Shown here: one piece after another, positions 53,289 to 62,515 of the stretch | Layout of the letters: every line of letters begins with the position of its first letter | Position numbering within the stretch: position 1 is the first letter of the stretch | Position numbers and translations under genes: made by a program | Notes under the pieces: model-generated | Databases searched by the model: none | Seen by the model: only the letters and a program-made list of their open reading frames with translations | Told to the model about the DNA's origin: nothing | NCBI GenBank assembly: GCA_045598325.1 | Contig: JAZLLT010000050.1 | Span: forward strand, 493 to 64,492 | Length of the DNA stretch: 64,000 nt | Origin: Clostridia bacterium | Lineage (GTDB): Bacteria > Bacillota > Clostridia > Christensenellales > Aristaeellaceae | Direction: 5' to 3'

Positions 53289-54134
53289 ATGAGAGAACTG
53301 AGTGTTTCGATTTTGAAAGAAAAACTGGCGGAAGCGATCCTGTCTGCCAGTTATGACATCAGTCCCGACATTTACGAAAAGGTATCGTCCCGCGCAGCCG
53401 GCGATGAAAGCCCCGTTGCACGGGATGTGCTTTGCCGCATCCGCGAAAACTACGACATCGCCTCCCGCGACCGCGTCGCCATCTGTCAGGACACGGGCAT
53501 GTGCGTCGTTTTCGTTGAGATCGGTCAGGAAGTCCACTTTACGGACGGATTTCTCGGTGACGCGGTGAGCGAAGCCGTGGAGAAAGCGTACAAAGACGGA
53601 TATCTGCGCAAGAGCGTGGTCCGCGACCCGCTTTACGACCGCGTGAACACGGGCACCAACACACCTGCCGTCCTGCACACCTCCATCGTGCCCGGTGACA
53701 AGGTGAATGTGACCGTCATCTGCAAAGGCTTCGGCTCGGAGAACATGTCCCGCGTGGGCATGCTGACTCCCGCCATGGGAGAGCAGGGTGTCATCGACTT
53801 CGTGACGGATGTGGTGCGGAACGCAGGCGCCAATCCCTGCCCGCCCATCATCCTCGGCGTCTGCATCGGCGGCGACTTTGAGCAGGCGGCGCTCACGGCA
53901 AAGAAAATGACCGCCCGTCCCGTGGGAAGCCATAACGCAAACCCGAAGTACGCGGCTTTGGAAGACAAACTCATGACTTCCGTTAATGCCCTCGGCATCG
54001 GTCCCGCAGGTTTCGGCGGAAACACCACCTGCCTCGCAATCAATGTGGAAGCGCTCCCCACCCACATCGCGGGTATGCCCGTAGCGGTCAATGTATGCTG
54101 CCACTGCTCCCGCCACGCGGTCATTGAGATTTGA
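53289..54134 (+). CDS. Fe-S hydro-lyase alpha subunit (class I fumarate hydratase / tartrate dehydratase type)
   Basis: 281 aa. ...ICQDTGMCVVFVEIGQ.... There is no obvious SD before the ATG at 53289, so the start is uncertain. Confidence 0.8.
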   Translation: MRELSVSILKEKLAEAILSASYDISPDIYEKVSSRAAGDESPVARDVLCRIRENYDIASRDRVAICQDTGMCVVFVEIGQEVHFTDGFLGDAVSEAVEKAYKDGYLRKSVVRDPLYDRVNTGTNTPAVLHTSIVPGDKVNVTVICKGFGSENMSRVGMLTPAMGEQGVIDFVTDVVRNAGANPCPPIILGVCIGGDFEQAALTAKKMTARPVGSHNANPKYAALEDKLMTSVNALGIGPAGFGGNTTCLAINVEALPTHIAGMPVAVNVCCHCSRHAVIEI

Positions 54135-54144
54135 GGAGGAAGAC

Positions 54145-54693
54145 ATGGAAAAGAAACTGATGCTTCCCCTCTCTTGGGAAGACATTGATGATCTGCACGC
54201 CGGCGACAGCGTGCTGCTGACGGGATACACCTACACCGGGCGCGATCAGGCGCACAAGCGGCTCGTCGCCTGCATGGACGAGGACCGTTCCCTGCCCGTC
54301 GATATCCGTAATGCCGCCATCTACTATGTCGGTCCCGCTCCCGCCTCTCCCGGTCACGCCGTAGGTCCCGCGGGTCCCACCACCTCCTACCGCATGGATG
54401 CCTTCGCGCCGCGGCTCATGGACAGTGGGCTCAAGGTGATGATCGGTAAAGGTCAGCGGAATCAGGCGGTCAAGGACGCCATCATCCGCAACCACTGCGT
54501 GTATTTTGCCGCCATCGGAGGAGCAGCCGCGCTGCTGTCCAGTCATATTGTGAATAGCGAAGTGCTGGCATATGATGATCTGGGGCCCGAAGCCATTCAC
54601 AGGTTCGAAATCAAAGACTTCCCCGTGACCGTGGCATTTGACTGCCACGGAGGAGATCTGTATAAGGAAGGTCCGGAGAAGTACAGGAAATAG
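54145..54693 (+). CDS. Fe-S hydro-lyase beta subunit (class I fumarate hydratase type)
   Basis: ORF trimmed to the ATG at 54145 (GAGGAGGA upstream). ...LTGYTYTGRDQAHKRL...IGKGQR.... Confidence 0.8.
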   Translation: MEKKLMLPLSWEDIDDLHAGDSVLLTGYTYTGRDQAHKRLVACMDEDRSLPVDIRNAAIYYVGPAPASPGHAVGPAGPTTSYRMDAFAPRLMDSGLKVMIGKGQRNQAVKDAIIRNHCVYFAAIGGAAALLSSHIVNSEVLAYDDLGPEAIHRFEIKDFPVTVAFDCHGGDLYKEGPEKYRK

Positions 54694-54795
54694 CGCTGTA
54701 CCCGCCTCATCCGTCACCTGTGGTGACACCTTCCCCGGAGGGGAAGGCAATGGGGAACGGTATCTTCGGTCACTTCCCCATGATTGAAAGGTAAG

Positions 54796-54830
54796 AAAAA
54801 CAGGAGCGGCGTTTCGCTGCTCCTGTTTTT
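54796..54830. terminator. bidirectional intrinsic terminator
   Basis: A5-CAGGAGCGGC-gtttc-GCTGCTCCTG-T5 between convergent genes. Confidence 0.7.
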
Positions 54831-54839
54831 CTGTTTGTT

Positions 54840-56012
54840 TCAGATTCTCGCTACTCCGGTCTTTCTGGCAGCTTCGGCGACGGCTTCGGCTACCTTCTTG
54901 GCAACATTCTTGTCAAGGGCGGAGGGCATGATGTTTTCGGCGGTGATCTCATCGTCCGGCACATAGGCGGCGATGGCCTTTGCGGCGGCGATCTTCATCT
55001 CGTCATTGATATCGCTGGCGCGCACATCCAGAGCACCGCGGAAGATGCCGGGGAACGCGAGCACATTGTTGATCTGGTTCGGGAAGTCACTGCGTCCGGT
55101 ACCGACGACCGCCGCGCCCGCCGCAAGAGCGGCATCGGGCATGATTTCGGGAGTGGGGTTCGCCATAGGGAACAAAATGGCATCCTTCGCCATGGACTTG
55201 ACCATTTCGGGAGTGACGCATCCGGGAGAAGATACGCCGATGAACACATCCGCGCCCGCGATGACTTCTGCGAGGCTGCCCTTGCGCATCTGCTGATTGG
55301 TGATTTCGGCCATTTCCGCCTTGACGGGATTGAGACCTTCGCGTCCCTTGTAGATGGCGCCCTGACGGTCGCACATCACGACATCCTTGAGACCCATGGA
55401 GATGAGCAGGCGAATGATGGCGATACCGGCAGCGCCGGCGCCGCTGGTGACCACGCGGATCTTGCCGATGTCCTTCTTTACGACCTTGAGGGCGTTGAGC
55501 AGAGCGGCAAGGCACACGACGGCGGTGCCGTGCTGGTCATCGTGGAAAATCGGGATGTCGCAGCATTCCTTCAGTTTCTTTTCGATTTCAAAGCAGCGGG
55601 GAGCGGAAATGTCCTCGAGGTTGACGCCGCCGAAGGAGCCTGCCAGCAGGCGGACGGTATTGACGATTTCATCCACATCCTTGGATCGCACGCACAGCGG
55701 GATGGCATCCACATCGCCGAAAGACTTGAACAGAGCGCACTTGCCTTCCATGACGGGCATGCCGGCCTCGGGGCCGATGTCGCCGAGTCCCAGCACGGCG
55801 GTACCGTCGGTCACAACGGCGACCAGATTGTTGCGGCGGGTGAGTTCGGAGGATTTGTTGACATCCTTCTGGATCTCCAGGCAGGGCTGGGCCGCGCCGG
55901 GGGGGTAGGGCAGAGAGAGGTCTTCTCGGGTGTTGAGCGGCGCGCGTACGATCATTTCGATTTTGCCATTCCACTCATAGTGCTTTTTGAGGGATTCTTC
56001 TGCGTAATTCAT
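54840..56012 (-). CDS. NAD(P)-dependent malic enzyme (short form, no PTA domain)
   Basis: ORF trimmed to the ATG at 56012 (MNYAEESLKKHYEWNGKIEM...). ...VVTDGTAVLGLGDIGPEAGMPVMEGK.... Confidence 0.85.
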   Translation of the reverse strand: MNYAEESLKKHYEWNGKIEMIVRAPLNTREDLSLPYPPGAAQPCLEIQKDVNKSSELTRRNNLVAVVTDGTAVLGLGDIGPEAGMPVMEGKCALFKSFGDVDAIPLCVRSKDVDEIVNTVRLLAGSFGGVNLEDISAPRCFEIEKKLKECCDIPIFHDDQHGTAVVCLAALLNALKVVKKDIGKIRVVTSGAGAAGIAIIRLLISMGLKDVVMCDRQGAIYKGREGLNPVKAEMAEITNQQMRKGSLAEVIAGADVFIGVSSPGCVTPEMVKSMAKDAILFPMANPTPEIMPDAALAAGAAVVGTGRSDFPNQINNVLAFPGIFRGALDVRASDINDEMKIAAAKAIAAYVPDDEITAENIMPSALDKNVAKKVAEAVAEAARKTGVARI

Positions 56013-56029
56013 TTTCAGGTTCCTTTCGG

Positions 56030-56995
56030 TCAAATGTCACATTCGCGGATGACGGCCTTGAGCGCGTCGGAACTGGCTTTGAGGGCTTCCATTTCTTCGC
56101 CCATGAGTGGAGGAGTGAGTTTGCGCTCGATGCCCTTGCCGCTGACGATGCAGGGAATGGAGAGGCACACATCATGCAAACCGTAACTGCCGTCCATTAA
56201 GGAGGACACGGTGAGCACCGCTTTTTTGTTGGTGAGGATGACTTCGCAGAGGCGTGCAACGGTGATGGCGATGGCGTAGAAGGTCGCGCCCTTGCGCTTG
56301 ATGACCTCGCCGCCGGCGTTGCGCACATTCTGCTCGATGTCCTTGATATCCTTCTTGCCGCACTCATTGTGGTTGACGCAGATATGAGTGCAGTACTGGG
56401 TCATGATCATGCCGGAGATGTTGGTCAGCGACCACGGGATGACCTGGCTGTCGCCGTGCTCACCGATGACATAGGCGTGAACGCTCTGGGGAGAGATGTC
56501 CACATGCTCGGCCAGCAGGGAGCGCAGACGGGAAGTATCCAGCATGGTGCCGGTGCCCAGCACCTGAGAAGCAGAAAGGTTCGTGCACTTCAGGATGGTG
56601 TAGGTGATGATGTCGACGGGGTTGCTGACGACCACATAGATGGCGTCGGGAGCCGCGGCTGCGACCTGCGGGATCACCTGCTTGATGAGGCTGACATTGA
56701 CCTTGGCAAGATCGATGCGGGTCTGACCGGGTTTGCGGCCGATGCCCGCGGTGATGACGACGATGTCGGAATCCTTGGCGTCCTCATATTCGCCGCCGTG
56801 GATGTCGATATTGCCGCAGAAAGGCAGGCCGTGGCGGATGTCCATGACTTCACCATCGGCTTTGTCCTTGTTGATGTCGATGAGTACGATCTCGCTGCAG
56901 GTATTCAGGGCGGTCAGCGTGTAAGCGATGGTCGCGCCTACATTGCCCGCGCCCAGAATTGTGATTTTCTTACCGTTTTTTACCTTGTCAGACAT
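56030..56995 (-). CDS. LDH/MDH-family 2-hydroxyacid dehydrogenase; LDH-like scaffold with Arg at the substrate-discriminating position (possible malate dehydrogenase)
   Basis: 321 aa. KITILGAGNVGATIAY is the Rossmann motif. ITAGIGRKPGQTRIDL sits where LDHs have ..NQKPGETRLDL. IGEHGDS is also present. Confidence 0.8.
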   Translation of the reverse strand: MSDKVKNGKKITILGAGNVGATIAYTLTALNTCSEIVLIDINKDKADGEVMDIRHGLPFCGNIDIHGGEYEDAKDSDIVVITAGIGRKPGQTRIDLAKVNVSLIKQVIPQVAAAAPDAIYVVVSNPVDIITYTILKCTNLSASQVLGTGTMLDTSRLRSLLAEHVDISPQSVHAYVIGEHGDSQVIPWSLTNISGMIMTQYCTHICVNHNECGKKDIKDIEQNVRNAGGEVIKRKGATFYAIAITVARLCEVILTNKKAVLTVSSLMDGSYGLHDVCLSIPCIVSGKGIERKLTPPLMGEEMEALKASSDALKAVIRECDI

Positions 56996-57073
56996 ATATC
57001 ACATCTCCTTTGAGCAATATATCATTGCGGGAATTATAGCACAAAACCGTTTTCATATCAAAAGAATTTTTGA

Positions 57074-58513
57074 TTAAAACTCTGCATTTTCTGCGTCATT
57101 TTCCACGATATTTTGTATCCAAACACCTTTTTTCAGCAGGATATAGCCCAAAATGACTTTGACGATGTTGATGAAGCAGCCGCCGAAGTAGACCGCGGGC
57201 GTGGTGAGGCTCGTGAAGCGTACAAGCGCCCAGACCAGCGGTACCGGGAAGACCCAGGTGTACACGCTGTCAAACAGCATGGTAATGAAGGTCTTGCCGC
57301 CCGCGCGGAGGATGAAGTATGCGCAGTGGGCAAAGCCCGAAATCGGCAGTTCGCAGGCGCAGATGCGGATGAGTTTCGTGGCGAGGGTGCGGGTCTCCGG
57401 CGTGGTCTGAGTGTAAATGCCGGGCAAGACGGAGGAAAGCGACACGAGCACCGCGCAGGTGCACAGGCAGATGATCTCCTCCAGCATGATCAGTTTCCTC
57501 GCGCTGCCCTTCGCGCCTTCCCAGTCGTTGGCGCCGAGGCTCTGCCCCACGAGGATGGAGGCGGCGGTGCCCATGGAGATGAACACCACATTGAACAGAT
57601 TGTTGATGGTGTTGGTCACATTGATGGCGGCGACCACGGTGAGCCCCATGTAGGAATACTGGTGGGTGAGTTCCGCCATGCCGGTGGACCAGAGCAGTTC
57701 GTTGGCAAGGAGCGGAAGTCCCTTGATGCAGATGCTCTTGAGCAGTCCCGCGGGGATGCGGTAACTCTTGTAGACGGTGTTGAGGAAAGTGAGTTCCTCG
57801 CCTTTGCGCGCGCGTTTATGGGAGATAACCACGATGATGCCCATCTCCACATAGCGGGAAATGACCGTGGCGATAGCGGCGCCCTTCGCGCCCATGCCAT
57901 GGATGAAGGAGCCGTGGTCGAAGATGAGCAGCCAGTTGAAGCAGAGGTTGGTGAGGACCGAGATGATGGACGCCACCATGGGCAGCTTCGTCTCCCCCGT
58001 CACGCGGAGCATTCCCGCATAAGCGTTGGTGACGGCAAAAGGAATAAGTCCCCAGAGGATAACGGTCATGTAGTCCATGCCCGCGGAAAGGGTCTCCGCG
58101 GCATCGATCGCCGCTTCTTCTCCTTCACCCGCGGTGATGTAGCGGAGGACGAGCGGCTCTCTGCATACGCCGATGAAGACCGTGGCGATGACACCGACGA
58201 TCGCCGCCACATACAGTGCGAAGCGCATGGAATGGGTGACGCCTTTTTCATCATTCGCGCCGAAGAACTGGGCGCCGAAGATCGTCGCGCCGCTCATGCC
58301 GCCGAAAATGCAGAGGTTGAACACGAAGACGATCTGGTTGCTGATGGAGACGCCGTTCATCTGATTTTCGCCCACCGCGCCGACCATGAGGTTGTCGAGG
58401 AGGGAAACGAAATTCGAGATGCTGTTTTGGATGATAACGGGTATGATTATGGCAAGAACGGCTTTATAAAACGCCCTGTCGCCGAAATACCGTTTTTTGA
58501 TGGTTTGAAGCAT
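57074..58513 (-). CDS. MATE-family efflux transporter
   Basis: 479 aa, 12-TM-like. The N-terminus ...AIIIPVIIQNSISNFVSLLDNLMVG is typical of MATE proteins. Confidence 0.85.
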   Translation of the reverse strand: MLQTIKKRYFGDRAFYKAVLAIIIPVIIQNSISNFVSLLDNLMVGAVGENQMNGVSISNQIVFVFNLCIFGGMSGATIFGAQFFGANDEKGVTHSMRFALYVAAIVGVIATVFIGVCREPLVLRYITAGEGEEAAIDAAETLSAGMDYMTVILWGLIPFAVTNAYAGMLRVTGETKLPMVASIISVLTNLCFNWLLIFDHGSFIHGMGAKGAAIATVISRYVEMGIIVVISHKRARKGEELTFLNTVYKSYRIPAGLLKSICIKGLPLLANELLWSTGMAELTHQYSYMGLTVVAAINVTNTINNLFNVVFISMGTAASILVGQSLGANDWEGAKGSARKLIMLEEIICLCTCAVLVSLSSVLPGIYTQTTPETRTLATKLIRICACELPISGFAHCAYFILRAGGKTFITMLFDSVYTWVFPVPLVWALVRFTSLTTPAVYFGGCFINIVKVILGYILLKKGVWIQNIVENDAENAEF

Positions 58514-58581
58514 GGGCCCCCTCCGGAAATTGATATGCCATTATAGCATACGGGCGCATGCTTTTCACGCATTAGCAGGTT

Positions 58582-58615
58582 AAAAAACGCCCCGGAAGCA
58601 CATTCCGGAGCGTTT
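58582..58615 (-). terminator. intrinsic terminator after the large GH-like gene
   Basis: Stem AACGCCCCGGAA/TTCCGGAGCGTT with one mismatch, followed on the minus strand by TTTTTTAA. Confidence 0.55.
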
Positions 58616-58627
58616 TCGTATGCCGGT

Positions 58628-61552
58628 TTATCTGAGCCCGATGCCGTCCACGCCGAACTTCACAAAGGTGTAGTCGTCGGAGTACCGTTCGGCAATGTTC
58701 TCATCGAGCCAGTGCCCGTACAGACTCATCGCGTCGGGGCTCGAAGAATGAGGATCCTTGTGCCCGGGCAGGTGATGGAAGCCCAGAGTGTTCCGCATGG
58801 AGGAGGTAAGCGTGACAGTCAGCACATTCGTGCCCGCGGTGAGTTCGCCGGACACATCCGCGGTGTCGGTGAAGAGCAGTCTGTGCGCGGGGCCGTCATT
58901 GACCCGGACAGACGCAACGGAGTAATGTCCGTGGAGGGTCAGATACTTCTCATTTCCTTTTGCTTCGATCGTGGTTTTCAGCGTCATGCTGCCGCTGAAG
59001 AAGGGGAATCCGTCCTGGGGGATGCGGCTGCCGGTCACATAGCGGCGCGGGAGCGTGACGGCGAAGTTTCCGTCTGACCAGAGGGTATCCTCTTCCCCGC
59101 CTTCATGTCCGTCCCATTCCACGCAGAATTTGCCCGCGAGGTACACCGCTTCGATGTCAGTCGTGTAACTTAAGCAGTTCACCATGCTCTCGGTGGTGTC
59201 ATCATGATCGTAGTACACGCCGCCAAACACCTTGTAGTTATGCTCGCTCTGATAGTAGTCCACGCGGAAAATGAGTTCATTTTCGCCGTAGCGAACATAC
59301 TTCGCGATGTCATAGGACTTGAACAGCGGATCAAGTTTGCCCGTGTCCTCGGCGATGACCTCCGCGCCGTTCACGGCCAGATGCGCGCCGCCCATATCCT
59401 CCGCCTCAAGGCGCAGATCCGCGGGCTTCGCGTTGACGGTGAAGGTGTATTTGAGATACACCGTGCGATTGGTCTTTCCGCGCAGCAGTTCGTCACTCAC
59501 CTGCATGACGGGCATCTTTTTCCCGTAGGTTTTCCCGTCATAGGACAAGGCGCAGTAGTCGAGGGGCAGGAGGTTATCGTCCATGTCGGAAATGACGCAC
59601 TCGGGATTGACCGTCCGTTTTTCCGCGCCTTTTTCTTCCTTTTCGATGCTCTCCGCGGAGCCGGACAGGAAGACGATGATGGACCCGCACGGTTCAAGAT
59701 CGAGCGGGATGTCGATGCCGCCCGCGGGATTCTTTTCGTAGTGCAGTCCTTCAAAAGCGGGAATCTCGGCGTTAAAGCGGCGGGCACCCTTGGCGTTGAT
59801 GTGCAGGGTCGTGCTTTGCGCCTGTTTGTCCGAGAGGTTGACCGCGTAGATGAAGTCGCCGAAATCGCTTCTGCGCACGGTTATGCGGATGGCGGTTTCT
59901 TTATTTGAGAGGCTGAAGCCGGGATTGCGGAGTTCGTCAAAACCGATGGTACCGTTAATACCGATGTTCGCTTCCTCGCCGTTCACGAGATGGGGTTTTC
60001 TGCCGGCAAAGCAGAGTTTGCCGCCGCACTTCACAAATTCGGTCAGCAGTCTCAGGGTGGTGTCATCGATGTTCTCCATTTCGGGAACGACCACCTGCGA
60101 ATAGGAGCACTTGCCGATGCAGAGTTTCTTTCCTTTTACCATGCCATACTTGGCAAGCAGCGTTTCATCCGCGTAATGATGCAGGATGCCCGCGGCGCCC
60201 AGCGTCTCGATGAGTTCCACCCACGCCGAAGAGACTTCATTGATGGTCGAGGAATCATGGCGGTCGAAGGTCAGGTACGCGCTGTGCACGGGATGGATGA
60301 TCACCGTGTCCGCGATCTCACGGCTTTCGGAAAGCATATAGCCGAGGCGTGTGAAGTAGTCGTTGAACGCGCGCAGTTCTTCCTTTGCCCAGGGATTGTG
60401 GTTGGAGAAGAAGGCGGGATAATCCCGCTTGCGCTGTCCGCGGATGGAATAGGGATACAGATGCTGGCAGAGGAGGTTGACGCCGTTGACATACTGCCAC
60501 TCGAGAACACGCTTGAGTTCTTTGGGCGTCACGCTCCAGCCGCAGCAGGCAAAGGACTCGGTGAGTACCTGCTTTTTGCCCAGCTGCATGGCAACGGAAG
60601 AAACCTGACGGGGCGCGGACTCATCGCGGATATTCCTGCCCAGCCAGTCCATGCCCGGGATATGCTCATACTCGTAGAAGGGCATGATGCCCGCGCAGCA
60701 CATCATCTGGCCGAACAGGCTCGATTCCTCGATGGAATGGCCCGTGAGCATGCAGTTGTGCTCGGTGCACCAGCGGTAAATCTGGCCCGCGAAAGATTCC
60801 GTATACAGTTCGTTCATCAGTTTCCAGTAGCGGTAGCGGAAGCGCATGCTGCCCCTGCAGGACACGAAAAGAAAACCCAGTTCATCCAGAATATCGGTGC
60901 CGTATTTGAGATTGTACTTGCGCTTCATAACAGGCGAATACGCCGTCTGATAGCGGAAATACTGGGGTTCATCGGTAAAGAAACCCATCAGCACCTCGCC
61001 GAAATCCTTGGCAAAACGCTTGAAGTATTTCTCGTGGGTCTCTTCGATGAACGCGCGCACGATCTTCCAGTTGAGGATATCGACCACAGAGGAATTGGTC
61101 CTGTCATAGACCGCGAGGACGGGAGCGCCGTCATCATCGGTGATGCGGACCAGTTCGTCGTTTATCACGCGGTAGCACGCCGCCGCTTCGGGATCGAAGG
61201 CGTCTTTGTTTTCGCTTACGAGATAGTGGGCGTAGTTCGCGGGATCTTCCAGCAGTTTCATTCCCGCAAAGCCGCTGGGCCAGCCGTTTTCATCGTATGC
61301 CCACGCGCGCATCTTCTGTTTGCGCGCCTCATCGATGCATTCGCCGACGCAGTGAAACCAGTCTTCCCCCAGATATTCTGTCTGAAGACCGCCGCGGGCG
61401 TGCATGAAGAAACCGCCCATGCCTGCCTGCTTCATGTCGCGGATCTGACTGCGGAGATGGTCGCCTTTCAGTTCATCGTTCCAGCTCCAGAACGGGATGG
61501 AGCGGTACTCGGTCAGGTCGCCTTTCAGTTTTTCAATCAGGTTTACGCCCAT
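58628..61552 (-). CDS. large glycoside-hydrolase-like protein (GH106-like / jelly-roll-fold family; assignment tentative)
   Basis: 974 aa. The N-terminus RSIPFWSWNDELKGDHLRSQIRDMKQAGMGGFFMHARGGL is recalled from rhamnosidase-like glycosidases. Confidence 0.6.
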   Translation of the reverse strand: MGVNLIEKLKGDLTEYRSIPFWSWNDELKGDHLRSQIRDMKQAGMGGFFMHARGGLQTEYLGEDWFHCVGECIDEARKQKMRAWAYDENGWPSGFAGMKLLEDPANYAHYLVSENKDAFDPEAAACYRVINDELVRITDDDGAPVLAVYDRTNSSVVDILNWKIVRAFIEETHEKYFKRFAKDFGEVLMGFFTDEPQYFRYQTAYSPVMKRKYNLKYGTDILDELGFLFVSCRGSMRFRYRYWKLMNELYTESFAGQIYRWCTEHNCMLTGHSIEESSLFGQMMCCAGIMPFYEYEHIPGMDWLGRNIRDESAPRQVSSVAMQLGKKQVLTESFACCGWSVTPKELKRVLEWQYVNGVNLLCQHLYPYSIRGQRKRDYPAFFSNHNPWAKEELRAFNDYFTRLGYMLSESREIADTVIIHPVHSAYLTFDRHDSSTINEVSSAWVELIETLGAAGILHHYADETLLAKYGMVKGKKLCIGKCSYSQVVVPEMENIDDTTLRLLTEFVKCGGKLCFAGRKPHLVNGEEANIGINGTIGFDELRNPGFSLSNKETAIRITVRRSDFGDFIYAVNLSDKQAQSTTLHINAKGARRFNAEIPAFEGLHYEKNPAGGIDIPLDLEPCGSIIVFLSGSAESIEKEEKGAEKRTVNPECVISDMDDNLLPLDYCALSYDGKTYGKKMPVMQVSDELLRGKTNRTVYLKYTFTVNAKPADLRLEAEDMGGAHLAVNGAEVIAEDTGKLDPLFKSYDIAKYVRYGENELIFRVDYYQSEHNYKVFGGVYYDHDDTTESMVNCLSYTTDIEAVYLAGKFCVEWDGHEGGEEDTLWSDGNFAVTLPRRYVTGSRIPQDGFPFFSGSMTLKTTIEAKGNEKYLTLHGHYSVASVRVNDGPAHRLLFTDTADVSGELTAGTNVLTVTLTSSMRNTLGFHHLPGHKDPHSSSPDAMSLYGHWLDENIAERYSDDYTFVKFGVDGIGLR

Positions 61553-61600
61553 ATATGTTCCTCCGGGTAGTGTTTGGCTATATTATACCATATCCGGACA

Positions 61601-61641
61601 TAAAAGAAAAGAGTCTTTGCAGATCATCTGCAAAGACTCTT
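61601..61641 (-). terminator. intrinsic terminator after the zinc-ribbon gene
   Basis: A perfect 15-bp stem AAGAGTCTTTGCAGA/TCTGCAAAGACTCTT (61609..61641), followed on the minus strand by TTCTTTTA. Confidence 0.7.
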
Positions 61642-61652
61642 GCTGCTTTCAA

Positions 61653-61949
61653 TCAGTAGCGCTCGGGCTTGTTGGCCTGATAGCAATCACGGCAGTAGAC
61701 GGGACGGTCTCCGCGGGGCTGGAAAGGAACCTGAGTGGGCTTTCCGCAGCCATCGCAGATCACATCGAACATCTGGCGCTCGGCGCGGGGAGCGGCGGTG
61801 CCGTTCTGGGCGCGGCGTGCGCGGCGGCAGTCGGGGCAGCGGCTGGGCTCATTCTGGAAGCCCTTGTCGGCGTAGAACTGCTGCTCGGAAGCAGTGAAGA
61901 GGAATTCTTTGCCGCATTCACGGCAGGTCAGAGTCTTGTCTTCGAACAT
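61653..61949 (-). CDS. zinc-ribbon domain protein (two CxxC...CxxC units)
   Basis: 98 aa. CRECGKEF...CPDCRR and CDGCGKP...YCRDCY. AAGGAGGG RBS. Confidence 0.75.
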   Translation of the reverse strand: MFEDKTLTCRECGKEFLFTASEQQFYADKGFQNEPSRCPDCRRARRAQNGTAAPRAERQMFDVICDGCGKPTQVPFQPRGDRPVYCRDCYQANKPERY

Positions 61950-62204
61950 GGTATATACCCTCCTTAATTATCACCCGATACTTGTCGGTACCTTGTTAAG
62001 CCGTTCCTTTCATCGGGTGGGATCCACCGGAAGGTGATACGCATGAACAGGCTTCCTTCAACTGGGTTGTGCATATTATAACACTTATGGCAAAACCTGT
62101 ATAGGTATTTTCGGGGATTAACGCAAATAATACGATTTGTTTGAAATAGACATCGTGCATTGTGAAAAGGACAAAATAAGCGATTATATTGTAACATTCC
62201 GCAC

Positions 62205-62234
62205 AAAAAACCGCCGGTCCAAACGGACCGGCGG
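62205..62234 (-). terminator. intrinsic terminator after the ferredoxin gene
   Basis: A perfect 10-bp stem CCGCCGGTCC/GGACCGGCGG, followed on the minus strand by T6. Confidence 0.7.
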
Positions 62235-62248
62235 ATGCCGCAAAGGGA

Positions 62249-62419
62249 TTATTCCTCTACGGGAGCGCTGACGGGGCAGTTCTCGGCACAAGCGCCGCAG
62301 CCCACGCACTTCTCAGGATCGATAACATACTTGCCATCACCCTCGGAGATCGCTTCGCAGGGGCAGTTTGCCGCGCAAGCGCCGCACGCGATGCAAGCAT
62401 CAGTGATCTTATAAGCCAT
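62249..62419 (-). CDS. clostridial-type 2x[4Fe-4S] ferredoxin, 56 aa
   Basis: Hand-translated as MAYKITDACIACGACAANCPCEAISEGDGKYVIDPEKCVGCGACAENCPVSAPVEE. TAAGGAGGTG RBS. It is below the ORF-track length cutoff. Confidence 0.9.
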   Translation of the reverse strand: MAYKITDACIACGACAANCPCEAISEGDGKYVIDPEKCVGCGACAENCPVSAPVEE

Positions 62420-62476
62420 GGTAGCACCTCCTTATAGAATTACACATATTATAGCATCAATATTTGCAAAATGCAA

Positions 62477-62505
62477 TTGATTTACGGTAAGTTTTTTGGT
62501 ATTAT
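62477..62505 (+). promoter_or_regulatory. candidate promoter of the Cys-cluster protein gene
   Basis: TTGATT (62477..62482), a 17-nt spacer, then TATTAT (62500..62505). Confidence 0.45.
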
Positions 62506-62515
62506 ATGCGCGGTG

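Noticed and set aside
54694-54795. A cluster of short hairpins (GTCAC/GTGAC, CCTTCCCC/GGGGAAGG, TGGGGAA/TTCCCCA) and a 14-codon ORF (MGNGIFGHFPMIER) downstream of the fumarase beta gene
   Set aside because: The stems are short and could arise by chance in GC-rich spacer DNA. The micro-ORF has no supporting context. It may simply be part of the 3' UTR before the bidirectional terminator at 54796..54830.
62471-62515. An ATG at 62471 as the start of the Cys-cluster protein
   Set aside because: The TTGATT-17-TATTAT promoter lies within these codons. The first ATG downstream of the predicted transcription start is at 62516.
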